Positions 1-9,700 of a DNA stretch of 61,177 nucleotides are shown here, in pieces. The position numbers were made by a program, and so were the translations under genes. The notes under the pieces were generated by a model. The model did no database searches, was not told the origin of the DNA, and saw only the letters and a list, made by a program, of their open reading frames with translations. Source of the stretch: Pelagibacteraceae bacterium (lineage in GTDB: Bacteria > Pseudomonadota > Alphaproteobacteria > Methylaequorales > Methylaequoraceae); contig JBELJQ010000006.1 of the NCBI GenBank assembly GCA_042090305.1, positions 1 to 61,177 on the forward strand, written 5' to 3'. The first letter of the stretch is position 1. Each line of letters starts with the position of its first letter.

Positions 1-1024
1 TCTCGTTAACACCGTCGTAATCCCACTCATCATAAGGAGTCATTTGATATAACCACTTAGCCATACCATTGTCAGGGTTACGAGCGTTAATAGTCATAGA
101 CCATTTGTTGTCACCAGGACGAACAACTGGGTTCCATGTAGATGGGTTACCTGTACCGTAGTACAAAGTATTTAATTTAGAGTCATAACCGTAGAAACCC
201 CAAATTGATCCACCACCAATTTTCCATGCATCACCAGGCCAAGTTTTCAATGAAGAATCCTTACCGATTGGCTTTAACATAGAAGTAGTTTTGTTTGGAT
301 CTACAAGCATGTCCTTATCTGGACCCATGCTGTAAGCTCTCCAAAGTCTTTTACCGCTTTTGATGTCATAACTTGTCCAGTTACATCTAACACCAAATTC
401 AGCGCCAGAACAACCAACACCTACAGTATCTTTGATAATGAAAGGTTGGCCTGAACCAGTTGATGCAGAAACACCATATTTACCAGTACCAGCGTGTAGA
501 TTAGTTGTAATCCACTTCTCTTTACCAGTTTTAGCGTCTAATGCAATTACTGAAGTATCAGCAGCGTGAAGAACGAGTGTACCATTTGGATGATAGTTAA
601 CACCACGGTTTACGTTATCGCAGCACATAACTGAAATAACTCTGTCCATAGTTTCACCACCAGGATATTTACCACCTTTTACAGGGTTATATTTCCAAAT
701 GATTCTTTGGTTATCATTAAGATCTAAAGCGTACACGATATTTGGGATAGCTGTATGTACATACATTGTATCACCAATTACTAGTGGACCACCTTCGTGA
801 CCTCTTAAAACACCAGTAGAAAAAGTCCAAGCGACTTTTAAGCTACTAACGTTACTTTTATTGATTTGATCTAACTCAGAGTAACGATGCCCAGCGTAAT
901 CACCAGACTGTTGTACCCATTGGTTAGGATCTTTCATCATTTTTTCCAGCTTGTTGTTAGCACTTACAGCGAATGGAAGAGCTAAAGCAGCTGAAGCAAT
1001 GATGCTTTTTTTCAAAATACTCAT
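1..1024 (-). CDS. xoxF: Lanthanide-dependent PQQ methanol dehydrogenase XoxF, 5' part (runs off the window start)
   Basis: Hand translation from ATG 1024: signal peptide MSILKKSIIASAALALPFAVSA, WTFSTGVLRGHEGGP, vicinal CCD (VMCCDNVNRG), GAEFGVR, GNPSTWNP..RPGDNKWSMT, YQMTPYDEWDYDGVNE. D-Y-D at 14-22 includes the extra lanthanide-ligating Asp (Ala in MxaF). AGGAG RBS upstream. Confidence 0.97.
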   Translation of the reverse strand, partial: MSILKKSIIASAALALPFAVSANNKLEKMMKDPNQWVQQSGDYAGHRYSELDQINKSNVSSLKVAWTFSTGVLRGHEGGPLVIGDTMYVHTAIPNIVYALDLNDNQRIIWKYNPVKGGKYPGGETMDRVISVMCCDNVNRGVNYHPNGTLVLHAADTSVIALDAKTGKEKWITTNLHAGTGKYGVSASTGSGQPFIIKDTVGVGCSGAEFGVRCNWTSYDIKSGKRLWRAYSMGPDKDMLVDPNKTTSMLKPIGKDSSLKTWPGDAWKIGGGSIWGFYGYDSKLNTLYYGTGNPSTWNPVVRPGDNKWSMTINARNPDNGMAKWLYQMTPYDEWDYDGVNE

Positions 1025-1136
1025 AAAGTATTTCTCCTATTTTACGGTTAGTATTATGGGTTTTTTCAAACCCGGTTTATTAGAAAACCAAACGATAACT
1101 AGAATGTTATGTTATTTGATTTCCTCCCAGTATCAT

Positions 1137-1166
1137 ATTATAAATGAATAGCTGTTATTCAAGCAA
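1137..1166 (-). promoter_or_regulatory. Candidate sigma70 promoter for xoxF with palindrome in the spacer
   Basis: Minus strand TTGCTT-18 nt-TATAAT; TGAATA-N5-TATTCA at 1145-1161. AT-rich background lowers specificity. Confidence 0.4.
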
Positions 1167-1228
1167 AAAATATGAATATAACATGAACACAACGTCCCAA
1201 ATGAAGAATAAAAAAATTTAGCTAAATA

Positions 1229-1241
1229 AATCAATAACTTA
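1229..1241 (+). promoter_or_regulatory. Possible IHF site in the xoxF divergent intergenic region
   Basis: AATCAATAACTTA matches WATCAANNNNTTR exactly. Confidence 0.3.
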
Positions 1242-1456
1242 TCTAAATTCTTAAGTAAAAAAAAATTGTGGATAAGTTTAAAAAAAATTCGTAATATGAA
1301 CTAAAGATGAATGAAAATATATGATTTTGTTCAGAAATGAAAAATAGACAATATAATCAGTACTTTACAACGATAAAAAAAGTGATTATCTTATCAAATT
1401 CATTCAATTAAAAATATTTTATTTAATATGCTTGATATATGTACTATATTAGTTTT

Positions 1457-2278
1457 ATGAAAAAATTAATACTATACGTAATTTTATTTAATTTAATTTA
1501 TGTTTATCCTGTTAAATCTGAAGATGTTTCTCCAGAACCTACAACATGGAATACTAGACTTAAAGATGCAATTTTTGACGAACAAGATGTCTTACTGGAC
1601 GGTTCTGAAATAATGAATATGGAAAGTCCCTATCGAGCTTTGGATGCTGCGATAGTTCCCATTACAATCAAGTTCAAGATTGATCAAAAAGATAAGCAAT
1701 TTATTAAAAAAGTGATGTTGATTGTTGATGAAAACCCCTCGCCTATAGTAGGCAATTTCAATTTTTCTCCTAAATCAGGAAACGCAAGTCTTACAACAAG
1801 AATTAGAATAGACAAATATACCTACGTGAGAGCAATTGCTGAAACCAATGATAAAAAAAAATACATGGTCGCTAGTTTTGTAAAAGCTGCGGGTGGTTGC
1901 TCTGCGCCTAGCTTAGCTGATACGGATGCAGTCATGGCAAGACTGGGAAGAATGAAAATGAAATTTATTAAAACAGACAGTAAAAATGAAAATTATAATG
2001 TTGCTGAATTTCTAGTCAGTCACCCTAATTTTTCTGGTTTACAATTCAATCAATTAACAAGAGCTGAAATACCTGCTCACTTTATAAATTATGTTAAGAT
2101 AGAACAAGATGATGAATTAATCTTAGAAGCAACTCCAGATATTTCTCTTTCGGAAGATCCTTCTTTCATTTTTAACTATAAAGATTCTGGAGGACCTATT
2201 AATGTATTTGTAGAGGATAGTGAAGGCCAAACCTTTAAAAAAGAATTTTCAACATCTAATTTAGTATCCAGAAATTAA
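1457..2278 (+). CDS. Quinoprotein dehydrogenase-associated fused SoxYZ-like carrier protein
   Basis: Signal peptide from MKKLILYVIL; SoxY-like TRIRIDKYTYVRAIAE..VKAAGGCSAP then SoxZ-like SHPNFSGLQFNQLTR..SLSEDP; divergent from xoxF. Start could be 1439. Confidence 0.85.
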   Translation: MKKLILYVILFNLIYVYPVKSEDVSPEPTTWNTRLKDAIFDEQDVLLDGSEIMNMESPYRALDAAIVPITIKFKIDQKDKQFIKKVMLIVDENPSPIVGNFNFSPKSGNASLTTRIRIDKYTYVRAIAETNDKKKYMVASFVKAAGGCSAPSLADTDAVMARLGRMKMKFIKTDSKNENYNVAEFLVSHPNFSGLQFNQLTRAEIPAHFINYVKIEQDDELILEATPDISLSEDPSFIFNYKDSGGPINVFVEDSEGQTFKKEFSTSNLVSRN

Positions 2279-2613
2279 AAACATTCAAGTTCAGATGCTG
2301 CTTGTGCTCTATATAATTTGTCCATTGTTTTTTTAGACAACCCAACGCTTTTATATGCCTCTTCTCTTGGACTAGCACCATATTGTAATCTTGCAATTGC
2401 TTCTGCTTGAGCATACTCTTCGTAATTAATTCGTTTTGCAATTTCATCAATTGCACAAGAACATTTAGCCATAAAATCTCTGTTAGAAACATTTGAACTC
2501 ATGCATGCAAATACAAATTCTGATCTAGCAAGTGTTGGAAAATCGTTAGATTTAACGTTACTATCTGTAAAAATAATTAAATATAAGATTATAGCTGTTA
2601 GATATTTTTTCAT
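2275..2613 (-). CDS. Small secreted Cys-containing conserved protein of xox-type clusters
   Basis: Signal peptide; FPTLARSEFVFACM..KCSCAIDEIA..ELECF; overlaps the upstream ORF stop by 4 nt. Confidence 0.75.
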   Translation of the reverse strand: MKKYLTAIILYLIIFTDSNVKSNDFPTLARSEFVFACMSSNVSNRDFMAKCSCAIDEIAKRINYEEYAQAEAIARLQYGASPREEAYKSVGLSKKTMDKLYRAQAASELECF

Positions 2614-3437
2614 GATTCATTTTCTCCCTTTTTCTTTTTGTAATTTTGTCTTAATTCTTTATTTGTTCTTATACCTTGATAAACAAGAACTTCTTTAACT
2701 ATATCCTCTGGATTTTCAATATCCTTTATGTAGGTTTCTATTTTATAGATATACCCTGGAATTTTATCTGACATTATAACATCAAACTTCTTTGTTTTGT
2801 AACGAGAAACTCTATTTTTTAACTTTGTTTGCGTGAAAGGTTGGAAAGAAATACGCTTAGCCTCAATTTTAGTGCCATTATGTTCAATTTCAACATCAGT
2901 AACTTCAGTGGCGGCGATAGTGTGTCTAATTCTACTCCTAAAGAAGAGCGCATTTCCCCCCGTGAGCCTTTGCATATCCCTACAATCTCTCTCAAAAAAT
3001 AACATAAAAACTGGATTACCTCTAGCTCCAATCTGTGGAGGAAACCTAACTTTATTTCTTCCTTTAAGATATCTAAAAGTGATATGTTTTGTGTCATCAT
3101 CGTCAATCTTAACAATATTAAGCACAACGTTTCCAATAAAATTATCTTCTCTTGAGGATTTTTTTTCAAACCTATAATAAATCCTCGAAGGTTCCTTGAT
3201 ACTTCCTAGATGCTCGTCAATGAATAGTGCAATATTAGCAGTAGACATTTCCTTAATAAGTTCTTCTTTAAATTCGTCGGTTCCCCACTTGGCTCTTTTT
3301 TTCTCTGCGTCAACTGCTTTAGAAAAATCTTCATCACCATCTTCCTTGGCGTTAAGATTTAACGATGTAAATGTTAGTAAACAAATAAATATAATCTTGA
3401 CATAGATAAGAAAATTAATATTTTTTAATTTAATCAT
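2610..3437 (-). CDS. Secreted conserved hypothetical protein (xox-associated)
   Basis: Signal peptide; GNPVFMLFFERDCRDMQRLTGG..FFRSRIR block recalled from PQQ dehydrogenase neighbourhoods. Confidence 0.7.
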   Translation of the reverse strand: MIKLKNINFLIYVKIIFICLLTFTSLNLNAKEDGDEDFSKAVDAEKKRAKWGTDEFKEELIKEMSTANIALFIDEHLGSIKEPSRIYYRFEKKSSREDNFIGNVVLNIVKIDDDDTKHITFRYLKGRNKVRFPPQIGARGNPVFMLFFERDCRDMQRLTGGNALFFRSRIRHTIAATEVTDVEIEHNGTKIEAKRISFQPFTQTKLKNRVSRYKTKKFDVIMSDKIPGYIYKIETYIKDIENPEDIVKEVLVYQGIRTNKELRQNYKKKKGENES

Positions 3438-3490
3438 TGGACTATATAAATTATCTATTATTATTGAATTTTCAACAATGAAATTATTTT

Positions 3491-3982
3491 ATGTCAAAAA
3501 AAGTTAAAAATATATCAGTTATTTCAACAGGATCATGGGTTCCTCCGAACCTAAATAATGAATATAAAATTGCTCAGACATATAATGTTCAAATTGAAAA
3601 GTTGCTACTTAACGCTTCAATTGGCATTCACGATCATGAAAAAAAACAAAAACAAAAAATTTCAATATCTTTATCAATTAAAGTAAATGATAATATTGCT
3701 GATGTTGATGAAAACATAAATAACTTTGTTTCTTATGAAAATGTAATAAATAACATTAAATTGATAATTAATGAGGGTCACATAGATTTAGTTGAAACGT
3801 TAGCATACAGAATTCTTGAATGCATATTTATTGACTCTAGAGCTCTATTTGTTTGGTTAAAAATTGAGAAGTTAGAAGTTTTTGAAGAGTCTCATAGCGT
3901 TGGAATTGAAATTTCAAAAACAAGAAATGATTTTAAACAAACCTCCCCCCTCAAAAAAATTAGTAGTTTAAAAAGTAAATAA
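3491..3982 (+). CDS. folB: Dihydroneopterin aldolase
   Basis: IGIHDHEK..Q, VSYE, HIDLVETLA, KIEKLE..SVGIEI. Confidence 0.88.
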   Translation: MSKKVKNISVISTGSWVPPNLNNEYKIAQTYNVQIEKLLLNASIGIHDHEKKQKQKISISLSIKVNDNIADVDENINNFVSYENVINNIKLIINEGHIDLVETLAYRILECIFIDSRALFVWLKIEKLEVFEESHSVGIEISKTRNDFKQTSPLKKISSLKSK

Positions 3983-3993
3983 TCCTTTTAATC

Positions 3994-4599
3994 ATGTGGA
4001 TCATTAAAATCGGTGGGAGTTGGTTAAAAAACCCGAGTTTACAAAATTTGCTGTTAAGAATTAAAAAGTTACGTAATAAAGAAATTGTTATTGTGCCTGG
4101 AGGCGGTAGTTTTGCCGATTCCATCAGGGATGTATATGATAAAACAAAAATGTCAGAAAACTTAGCGAACAAATTAGCCCTGAAATCCACAGAGTTGTTT
4201 GCCGATTATCTTAAAGAGTTAGATAATGATTTATGTTTGATAGATAATCCTAGAAATTTTACAAAAGAAAAAATTTGTGTTTGGTTACCCTCAAAAAAAC
4301 TTAGTCAAAATAATTCTTACAAAAATAATTGGGACTCAACCTCGGACTCAGTTGCCGCATGGTTAGCTAATAATATCATGGCAGAGGGTATTATTTTTAT
4401 AAAGTCACTAAAAGACTTTAAAAGTAAAAATAAACTTTATTATTTACAAAATACAAATATTCTCGATAAAAATATTTCAATTTATTTGTCAGGTTATAAT
4501 GGTTTGATTAAGATAGTCGGATTGAACATATTAAAAAAATTAGAAAAAGAATCTAGTTGGAGTGGATTTGTAAAAAGTTTAGGTGATATTGAGAAATGA
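3994..4599 (+). CDS. mfnE: Amino-acid-kinase family protein (Orf21/MfnE-like), methylofuran synthesis
   Basis: IIKIGGS, IVPGGGSFADSIR, WDSTSDSVAAWLA; located in the H4MPT cluster. Confidence 0.7.
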   Translation: MWIIKIGGSWLKNPSLQNLLLRIKKLRNKEIVIVPGGGSFADSIRDVYDKTKMSENLANKLALKSTELFADYLKELDNDLCLIDNPRNFTKEKICVWLPSKKLSQNNSYKNNWDSTSDSVAAWLANNIMAEGIIFIKSLKDFKSKNKLYYLQNTNILDKNISIYLSGYNGLIKIVGLNILKKLEKESSWSGFVKSLGDIEK

Positions 4600-5150
4600 A
4601 TGATTTAAAAGAAAAAAGGTGGGCGTGGGTTTTAACGGGTTCAGGACATTTTTTTAATGAAACAATAGATTTAATCAATACATTAGAAAATATTGATTTA
4701 TTTGTATCAAAAGCAGCAGATGAAGTTTTGGCTATGTATAAAAAAAAAGGAAAATTATCTAGTAATGTAAAAATTTTTAAAGATAATTCCTCAAGTTCCG
4801 TAACTGTTGGAAGGTTTTATAAAGATTTCTATCACACACTTGTTATGGCACCAACATCGAGCAATACAGTGGCCAAATGTGTTTACGGTATTTCCGACTC
4901 TCTTGCTACTAATATTTTCGCTCAATCAGGAAAATGTAGAGTGAATTGTATTTTTTTTCCTTGCGATACTGCGCCGGAACTTAAAACTTTTGCACCTAGT
5001 GGATACGTTGATGTATTTCCCAGAGAAATCGATTTAGAGAATGTTAAAAAGCTAAAGAAATTTAAAAAAACAAAAGTAGTTGTTAGTTTTAAATCTTTAA
5101 GATCTGAAGTATTAAAAAGAGAAAAATGTCTGAAAAAATACTCTTCATAA
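4596..5150 (+). CDS. dmrB: Archaeal-type flavoprotein (Afp), dihydromethanopterin reductase
   Basis: WAWVLTGSGH, FVSKAA.EVL.MY, APTSSNTVAKCVYGISDSL, AQSGKCRV. Confidence 0.82.
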   Translation: MNDLKEKRWAWVLTGSGHFFNETIDLINTLENIDLFVSKAADEVLAMYKKKGKLSSNVKIFKDNSSSSVTVGRFYKDFYHTLVMAPTSSNTVAKCVYGISDSLATNIFAQSGKCRVNCIFFPCDTAPELKTFAPSGYVDVFPREIDLENVKKLKKFKKTKVVVSFKSLRSEVLKREKCLKKYSS

Positions 5151-6502
5151 CTGGAAAACTTGCTGAAAGGCAATTAAAGAGAATTCTTAAAACAATGAAA
5201 CCTGATTTTAGGTTTAAAATAAATCAAATAGGAGTGAATGTAGCAGCGTTAATGTCTGAAAATATTATTCTCCGAAGGTTGGGAAAACATGATGATATTG
5301 ATAAAATTATCGTACCTGGAAAATTTCGAGGCAACTTAAAAAAATTGAGTAGATATTTTGATATCCCTGTGGAGAGAGGTCCAGATGATTTGTCAGATTT
5401 ACCTGATTACTTCGGCGTAAAATCAGCTGAAATGGAATTAAACGATTATGATTGTGATATTTTTGCTGAAATTGTGGATGCAGCAATTTTACCGACAAGA
5501 AAAATTATTAAAATAGCTAAGGATTACGTGAGGCAAGGAGCAAATGTTATTGATTTAGGTTGTATGCCTGACACTAAGTTTAAACATTTAGAAGAAGTTA
5601 TTAAAACACTTAAATCATTAAATCTAAAAGTATCCATAGACTCTGCAGATAATAGTGAATTAATAAGAGGTTCTAAAGCTGGAGCAGATTATATTTTAAG
5701 TTTAAGCGAAAAAAACTTAACAATAATGGATAAGATAAATTCTGTTCCTATTTTGATCCCATCTAAACAAGGTGATTTAAAATCACTTGAGAAAATAATT
5801 GAAATTTTTAAGAAAAAAAAGAGAGATTTTTACGCAGATCCAATATTAGATCCTATACACTATGGTTTTTCTGACTCAATAATGAGATACATAAAAATTA
5901 GAAAGAAATACCCAGAAATAAAAATTTTTATGGGTACGGGTAACTTAACTGAATTAACTGATAGCGATTCATCAGGTGTAAATGCAACAATTATGGGTTT
6001 AGTTTCCGAATTGAATATTAATGGGGTACTGGTAGTTCAGGTAAGTGGCCATTGTAGAAATTCCATTAAAGAGACTGACATTGCCAGAAAAATAATGCAT
6101 TTTTCAAAGGTTAACAAAAGGTTACCATTTAGGATTAATGAGGGTCTAATGACAACTTCTAACAGAAAACCTCTAAGAAAATCATCAACTGAATTAAATG
6201 AAATAAGAAAACTTATTAAAGATAAAAATTTTAGAATATATTTGTCAGATAAGGGTATAAATATTTTTAATAGTCATATTAATATAATTGGAAAAGATCC
6301 CTTTGATTTTTATAATTCTTTGGGTGTAGAAAATGACGCAAGTCATGCATTTTATTTAGGTGTAGAATTAGCTAGAGCTCAAATAGCATTTCAATTAGGT
6401 AAAAATTATGATCAAGATAATGAACTGGAATGGGGAGTGGCATATAAGAAAATTAAAAATTTGAAAAAACGCCCTAAACTAAAATCAACTCAGAAAAAAT
6501 GA
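5126..6502 (+). CDS. Dihydropteroate synthase-like methanopterin synthesis protein (Orf20)
   Basis: ITGKLAE, VAALM, ERGPDDL.DLP.YFG, IDLGC.P, DPILDPIHYGF, GNLTELTD.DS.G, HAFYLGVELARAQIA..LGK.Y.QD. Confidence 0.88.
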   Translation: MSEKILFITGKLAERQLKRILKTMKPDFRFKINQIGVNVAALMSENIILRRLGKHDDIDKIIVPGKFRGNLKKLSRYFDIPVERGPDDLSDLPDYFGVKSAEMELNDYDCDIFAEIVDAAILPTRKIIKIAKDYVRQGANVIDLGCMPDTKFKHLEEVIKTLKSLNLKVSIDSADNSELIRGSKAGADYILSLSEKNLTIMDKINSVPILIPSKQGDLKSLEKIIEIFKKKKRDFYADPILDPIHYGFSDSIMRYIKIRKKYPEIKIFMGTGNLTELTDSDSSGVNATIMGLVSELNINGVLVVQVSGHCRNSIKETDIARKIMHFSKVNKRLPFRINEGLMTTSNRKPLRKSSTELNEIRKLIKDKNFRIYLSDKGINIFNSHINIIGKDPFDFYNSLGVENDASHAFYLGVELARAQIAFQLGKNYDQDNELEWGVAYKKIKNLKKRPKLKSTQKK

Positions 6503-7056
6503 TAATTGAAACAATAATTTCTACAATTAATGATAAAGGAGAAGTAAATTTTGCTCCCTTTGGAATAAAAAAAAATGAAAAATTTATATATATTTCTCCT
6601 TACATTCCCTCTAAAACATTGAATAATTTAATTTTTACAAAATCCGCAGTAATAAATTACATCAATGAATGTAACTATTTTGTAGATTGTGTAATTGGGG
6701 AAAAAACCTTTGAGAAATCCAAATCTTATGAAATTGATGGATATTACTTAGATCAATCGCTTGCGCACGATGAAGTAAAAGTTTTATCCGTAAAAGAAGA
6801 CAAAATACGCCCTACATTCAAATGTCAAATAATTGGAGAATACTTGCATAAGAGATATCCAGGATATAATAGAGCTAATGGTGCGATTATTGAGGCTTGC
6901 ATTTTGGCAACTCGAGTTAAAATGTTAAATAAAATTAAGATTGAAAATGAGTTAAATTATCTGAAAATTTCTGTAGAAAAAACTGCTGGTACTAATGAAT
7001 TAAAAAGTTGGCAAAAAATTAAAAAATTCATAGAAAACGAATTAAAAAAAAAATGA
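6499..7056 (+). CDS. DUF447-family methanopterin-associated protein (Orf19)
   Basis: MIIETIIST..NFAPFG, PYIPSKTL.N, GYNRA.GAIIEACILATR, VEKTAG. Confidence 0.85.
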   Translation: MIIETIISTINDKGEVNFAPFGIKKNEKFIYISPYIPSKTLNNLIFTKSAVINYINECNYFVDCVIGEKTFEKSKSYEIDGYYLDQSLAHDEVKVLSVKEDKIRPTFKCQIIGEYLHKRYPGYNRANGAIIEACILATRVKMLNKIKIENELNYLKISVEKTAGTNELKSWQKIKKFIENELKKK

Positions 7057-7733
7057 AGTTATTGATAAGCTTTAAAAACTTAAGTGAATTTGATAACGAT
7101 ATAGTTAAGTACATTGATATACTTGATCTCAAAGATCCAGAAAAAGGTTCAATTGGACCATGGATAAGTGATGATATAATAACTGTAGTAAAGAAATTTA
7201 AAAAAAAAAAAAAGATCTCTGCAACAATTGGTGATATTTCCTCTAATAAAATCTTACTTAATAAATTAACTAATTTTGATAATTTGGGACTAGATTATAT
7301 AAAATTTGCATTTTTTTCAGAAAACATTTCAGCTTTAGAAAAATTAATAAATGATATAGGGGGAAAAAAATTTCAAACGAAATTAGTTTTTGTAGTATTT
7401 GTTGACGAGCCGAAGGTTCTAGAGTTTGTAGATGAAAATTTAGACTTACTGAAGAAAAATAAATTAAATTTTTTGTTGCTTGATACATTTAAAAAGAATA
7501 ATCGCGATTTAACTTCTTATTGTGAATTAAAGTATCTTGATTCATTTATAAAAAAATGTTCAACAAAAATGATTAGGGTTGGTCTTGCCGGAAGACTGAG
7601 GATCGAACATATCGAGGAGCTAAAAATATTAAAACCTTATGTAGTTGGATTTAGATCTGCAGTCTGTATAGACAATAAAAGAAATATTATTTGTAAGGAT
7701 AAGCTATTAAATTTATTAAGTTACTTCAGATAA
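7053..7733 (+). CDS. mfnB: (5-formylfuran-3-yl)methyl phosphate synthase (Orf22)
   Basis: LLIS, DILDLKDP.KGSIG, ISATIGD, DYIK, LLDTFKK, GLAGRL, VGFRSAVC. Confidence 0.85.
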   Translation: MKLLISFKNLSEFDNDIVKYIDILDLKDPEKGSIGPWISDDIITVVKKFKKKKKISATIGDISSNKILLNKLTNFDNLGLDYIKFAFFSENISALEKLINDIGGKKFQTKLVFVVFVDEPKVLEFVDENLDLLKKNKLNFLLLDTFKKNNRDLTSYCELKYLDSFIKKCSTKMIRVGLAGRLRIEHIEELKILKPYVVGFRSAVCIDNKRNIICKDKLLNLLSYFR

Positions 7734-8744
7734 AAGTAATGCAACAGAAAGTGCTGGCGCATGATTGGTAGCGTTTTTTTTGTTCTTAATTTTTAGAATC
7801 TCATGAAGTTTTAAGGCATTTATATTTTTCTTAATGAAAAACTTATGAAGTATATCTTGGCCAATTCCTGATAGTACAATTTTTGTATTTTTAGGAAGGT
7901 TATATTTGGACTTTAGTTTACCTAGATTATTTTTAATTTCCGTTAATTGACAATCAATGAGTTTGTTGCAAATTTTTTTAACAATATTATTTTTAGACTT
8001 ATCATAATCAAACCCCAAGTTTCTTGATACTCTAATTTTAGATTCAATTTGACTCTTACCCCTTCCATCGCTGGTATCGTCAAGATCAATATCCTTACTT
8101 AATATTTTTTTTATTCTATATATATCTGACATGTCGGAAAAATATTCAGGTATTAAGTAATAGTTATTTTTATTGATAATAATTTTTTTTAATAGGCTGA
8201 ATATTGGGGTTCTTACAATACCAGTATATAAGAGTTCATGATTATTGAGTCTAGAAAAATCTGTGAAATATTTATTTATAAATTTAAAATTTTTAATACA
8301 AATAAAATCTGTCGTTGTTGATCCAAAGTCAATAATAATACAATCTTTAATTTTTTTTTCACATAATCTTCCTATTGAATGCCAGTTCATTGACATTATT
8401 TCACTCGCCTTTGGATTTAAAGAAAAAATTGGTTTACTACATGTGTAATACGATTTATTGAATTTTAATATTTTACATAATTTAGTAAGTTCTTTTACTC
8501 CATTCTCTCTGTTAGGAAAAATATCACAGAGCTCGGCACTCATAGTAATGCCACATATTGTTTCATTACTTCTAATCTTATTGGATAAGTTCTGAAGATT
8601 TGTCTCTAATTGATTACTTGAGGACCAAATTTTATAGGATGTATAATCTACTAGCTTAATTTCTTTCTTTTTGTTTAGGCCAATACATTTTAAATGTGCC
8701 CCCCCAATATCAATTCCTAGATATTTAATTTCACTCAATTGCAT
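7716..8744 (-). CDS. mfnF: Hydantoinase/oxoprolinase-family methylofuran synthesis protein (Orf9)
   Basis: GIDIGGAHLK, ITMSAELCDIF.NRENGV, SMNWH, DFGSTTTDF, LLYTGIVRTP, APALSVA. Confidence 0.85.
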   Translation of the reverse strand: MQLSEIKYLGIDIGGAHLKCIGLNKKKEIKLVDYTSYKIWSSSNQLETNLQNLSNKIRSNETICGITMSAELCDIFPNRENGVKELTKLCKILKFNKSYYTCSKPIFSLNPKASEIMSMNWHSIGRLCEKKIKDCIIIDFGSTTTDFICIKNFKFINKYFTDFSRLNNHELLYTGIVRTPIFSLLKKIIINKNNYYLIPEYFSDMSDIYRIKKILSKDIDLDDTSDGRGKSQIESKIRVSRNLGFDYDKSKNNIVKKICNKLIDCQLTEIKNNLGKLKSKYNLPKNTKIVLSGIGQDILHKFFIKKNINALKLHEILKIKNKKNATNHAPALSVALLLSEVT

Positions 8745-9685
8745 TAAAAGTAAACCCTAACTTTATTAACTAATTCAAGTTTTCTTATTTTAAATTTTCT
8801 GAATAAATAAAAATCAGTGATTATTTTCATCATATCTTTTCCAATAGAATCATATAACCCAATGAAGGCAGAAGTGAATCTTGGATTAACTTCGATAACA
8901 TGCCACTCCCCTTTAAATCTCACAATATCCACACCAATAATTCCAAATAACCCCTCAATTGAATTAGTTATTTTATTGGCAATATTTTGAATATTTTCCC
9001 TTTCATTTTCGAGTCCTCCTACAATCACACCAGTTTGAACAAATCTATTTTTATATATTTCAGTGATTTGTTTATTACAGGATATTACAAAATTTTTTCT
9101 TTTGTAACAAATCATCATGAAACTGCCTTTGATACCAGGATAAAAATTTTGTATTATCTTTGAACGTGTGATTTTAAATTTTTTTAAAAGTTTTACATCC
9201 TCAGAACCTGTGCCGTAGTTACTTTTAACCATAACCCTATTTTTGAATTTAGTCTTTTTTAGTAATCCTGTGTTCTTAATTCCATATTTATTCAAATGTT
9301 TAATTGTTTTTAGTTTTGATGAAAATATTTTATTTACTGATAAACTTGAATGGAGTACGGGTAAATAATTTGATATTTTTTTTTGAAAATTTACAGATAT
9401 ATTTCTAGTTTCTGGAGCTATAACTAATACTGGATATTCAGGTAATAATTTTAGTATCTTAAGAAATGACTTATTATTTCGGGTTTTAAAATATTTAGTT
9501 TTTATATTTTCATACTCTTCAATATTTGAATTTCTAACCACAAGGACCTTTTTTATTTTTTCATTTAAAGCAAAAACTTTTATTAGAGAATTAGTTAATT
9601 TTATAGCCTCTCCAAGTATTTTATTATCTTTAGACTGGATGACTGCTTTTGATGTAAAATATTCAATAATAATTATTTTTTTCAT
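8744..9685 (-). CDS. mfnD: ATP-grasp ligase (Orf1/MfnD-like)
   Basis: IIIEYFT, VIAPET, SCNKQ, GLFGIIGVD, VIEVNPRFTS. Confidence 0.78.
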   Translation of the reverse strand: MKKIIIIEYFTSKAVIQSKDNKILGEAIKLTNSLIKVFALNEKIKKVLVVRNSNIEEYENIKTKYFKTRNNKSFLKILKLLPEYPVLVIAPETRNISVNFQKKISNYLPVLHSSLSVNKIFSSKLKTIKHLNKYGIKNTGLLKKTKFKNRVMVKSNYGTGSEDVKLLKKFKITRSKIIQNFYPGIKGSFMMICYKRKNFVISCNKQITEIYKNRFVQTGVIVGGLENERENIQNIANKITNSIEGLFGIIGVDIVRFKGEWHVIEVNPRFTSAFIGLYDSIGKDMMKIITDFYLFRKFKIRKLELVNKVRVYF

Positions 9686-9700
9686 GTGGAATTTAAATTT

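Noticed and set aside
951-1151. 66-aa plus-strand ORF
   Set aside because: Antisense to the xoxF start and leader, TTG start, no recognisable motif.
1267-1275. Perfect DnaA box TGTGGATAA
   Set aside because: Single copy; another lies inside orf5, and about one is expected by chance at this composition. No origin cluster.
3464-3475. TTGAA-TT-TTCAA palindrome upstream of folB
   Set aside because: Short and AT-rich; spacing does not match the other TGAA/TTCA sites.
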